DNA of 32,000 nucleotides from Schaalia odontolytica (GTDB lineage Bacteria; Actinomycetota; Actinomycetes; Actinomycetales; Actinomycetaceae): NCBI RefSeq assembly GCF_005696695.1, contig NZ_CP040006.1, positions 2,220,001 to 2,252,000 of the forward strand, read 5' to 3'. Shown piece by piece: positions 30,658 to 32,000 of this stretch (position 1 is its first letter; each line of letters starts with the position of its first letter). The notes under the pieces were generated by a model. It saw only the letters and a program-made list of their open reading frames with translations, ran no database searches and was not told where the DNA came from. The position numbers and the translations under genes were made by a program.

Positions 30658-32000
30658 TGCCTCTCCTTCTTACCCACGATGACCTTACCGATATCTTCGA
30701 GGGCATAGTTATGTTTGCCTTCCTTGTCCGGTTTATGGAAATACGAGGAGTGATTCCCATCAGGCCTGTGCCATATGCCGTGTTTGTATCCTTCTCCCCC
30801 ACTCGTATCTCCCGAGAGGTGCCCGATTCCTTCCAGGTGCTCGGGGTTGCGCCCAAAGGTACTGTCAGGCCCAATTCCCCGAACCGGATCAAGGTGTGGG
30901 GTCGCCGAGACCCACGTGTGGTCTGCGTCCACCCCCAACGTCCCGACGGCGCTCACCCCTGCGCCCGGGGAACCCGTGTACACAAGCTCATCGACGACGC
31001 CCTCTCCGATGTCGCGCATCGCAATGCCCGCAGTCGTCGACCCGTATGAATGCGGAATGATGCTCTGGTGCACGTCCAGTCCCCGCTCTGAGCGCCACGA
31101 GTGGATTCCCGTCACGAAGCCGTTCAGCTTCTCAGCTCCAGCCTCGGCTTTGTCGATCGACGTGACAGACGTGTCCCACGTCTTCACTATGTCCGGCGGA
31201 GCTTCGTAGCCTATCCAGGCGATGGTAGCCACGCTCCCATCGGTAGGAGCTCCATATGTGTCCGCCGCCCACTTGAGATTCTTCGCGAACTCGACATTGA
31301 GCCTGCCATTATCGCGAAAATTCGAGCCCATCCCCGGCACGAACGTCGCCACGTGCTGCGCGTTGTCGACGTCACCGATGGCGATTGCGGCACGGACGTT
31401 TTCACCAAGATTCCCCGGTTCAAGGACAAGGAGCGTCGCCCCAGCATTGCTACCGAGCTGCTCCGAAATAGCGTTCAGATCCGCCAAGCGATTCTGGAGA
31501 TTCTCCTGCTTGTCGAGAAGGTCCGATGAGACCTCCTGTCCATTTTCACGCATACGGTCTATCTCTTGGTTCAGTTCGTCAAGTTCGTTCTGGGTCTTTT
31601 CAATCAGACCCGTTCCCGGAATACGATTTCCCGCGGCATCTACGTGTCCGTTCAACGCAAGCTCATTTGCCCTCGCCCGCGAGGCCATGTCGATTCCATT
31701 GAGATTGCCGTACTTTTCGGGATCCTTGTTGATGAGCGCCTCGCGCTCGGACTCCGACAGGAGTGCCCACCACACGGAGACCTCCTCGGGACTCCACGCG
31801 GGGTCGGCGTCGTCGGCCAAGCCCGCAGACGCCGAGTGGCGCCCCTCAGCTAGGACATACCGACCGTCGGCCAACGCCTGATAACGTGGCCCCACCGTTT
31901 CCTCGGCTTCCGTCGCAATTCTCACTGCATCGTCAATACAATCGCGCAGCTCGTCGAACTTACGCGGCACCGGCTCAAACCTCTTGTCAAGCGCATCTGG
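30654..32000 (-). CDS. DUF1023-type alpha/beta hydrolase (Abhydrolase_8-like) with a coiled-coil N-region; 5' end beyond the window
   Basis: The frame stays open to nt 32000, and the GTG at 31970 in the track is only the first in-window start. The nucleophile motif is IPHSYGSTTAG (Ser at nt 31047-31049), preceded by HVATFVPGMGS. A coiled-coil segment reads NELDELNQEIDRMRENGQEVSSDLLDKQENLQNRLADLN. Confidence 0.8.
   Translation of the reverse strand, partial: PDALDKRFEPVPRKFDELRDCIDDAVRIATEAEETVGPRYQALADGRYVLAEGRHSASAGLADDADPAWSPEEVSVWWALLSESEREALINKDPEKYGNLNGIDMASRARANELALNGHVDAAGNRIPGTGLIEKTQNELDELNQEIDRMRENGQEVSSDLLDKQENLQNRLADLNAISEQLGSNAGATLLVLEPGNLGENVRAAIAIGDVDNAQHVATFVPGMGSNFRDNGRLNVEFAKNLKWAADTYGAPTDGSVATIAWIGYEAPPDIVKTWDTSVTSIDKAEAGAEKLNGFVTGIHSWRSERGLDVHQSIIPHSYGSTTAGIAMRDIGEGVVDELVYTGSPGAGVSAVGTLGVDADHTWVSATPHLDPVRGIGPDSTFGRNPEHLEGIGHLSGDTSGGEGYKHGIWHRPDGNHSSYFHKPDKEGKHNYALEDIGKVIVGKKERQ

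Overview
High-GC (about 65-72% in core genes) actinobacterial chromosomal window. The backbone matches, by my recollection of gene order, the Mycobacterium tuberculosis Rv3654c-Rv3683 neighbourhood. It holds a complete minus-strand Tad/Flp-type pilus locus (tadZ/ssd, tadA, fused tadB/C, flp-like pilin, two TadE-like genes), a divergent HAD hydrolase, membrane proteins and an EphE-like alpha/beta hydrolase. These are followed by crp, a DUF4177 mini-gene (absent from the ORF track), a whiB-family gene, a class A PBP, a metallophosphoesterase and tRNA-Pro. Further right lie a BASS symporter, a YwiC-like protein, a HisC/Pat-like aminotransferase, a holin-family-IV membrane protein and purB.

Lower-GC or unusual modules are interleaved with this backbone:
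- (i) At the left edge, an ESX/T7SS-substrate-like gene pair translationally coupled to a secreted mycosin-like S8 protease.
- (ii) A roughly 770-bp non-coding gap carrying two phased repeat arrays (19-bp and 20-bp periods).
- (iii) A tandem segmental duplication seeded at tRNA-Pro. It created a second tRNA-Pro, a symporter 3' relic and a four-member family of small two-cysteine lipoproteins separated by three copies of one GC hairpin.
- (iv) A WXG100-like gene coupled to a 564-aa class-3-lipase-like protein.
- (v) A DUF1023-type hydrolase followed by two paralogous envelope-anchored proteins, a possible effector/immunity layout.

A paired motif, GTT(A/G)TCCACAGGGG with a DnaA-box core, recurs with 30/60-bp phasing. 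It lies upstream of exactly three minus-strand operons: the two tad transcription units and the WXG/lipase pair. No T7SS core machinery (EccC/EssC-like), integrase, transposase, CRISPR or rRNA is visible. Many long ORFs in the track are high-GC shadow frames. All function calls are motif or recollection based and need HMM or structure searches.
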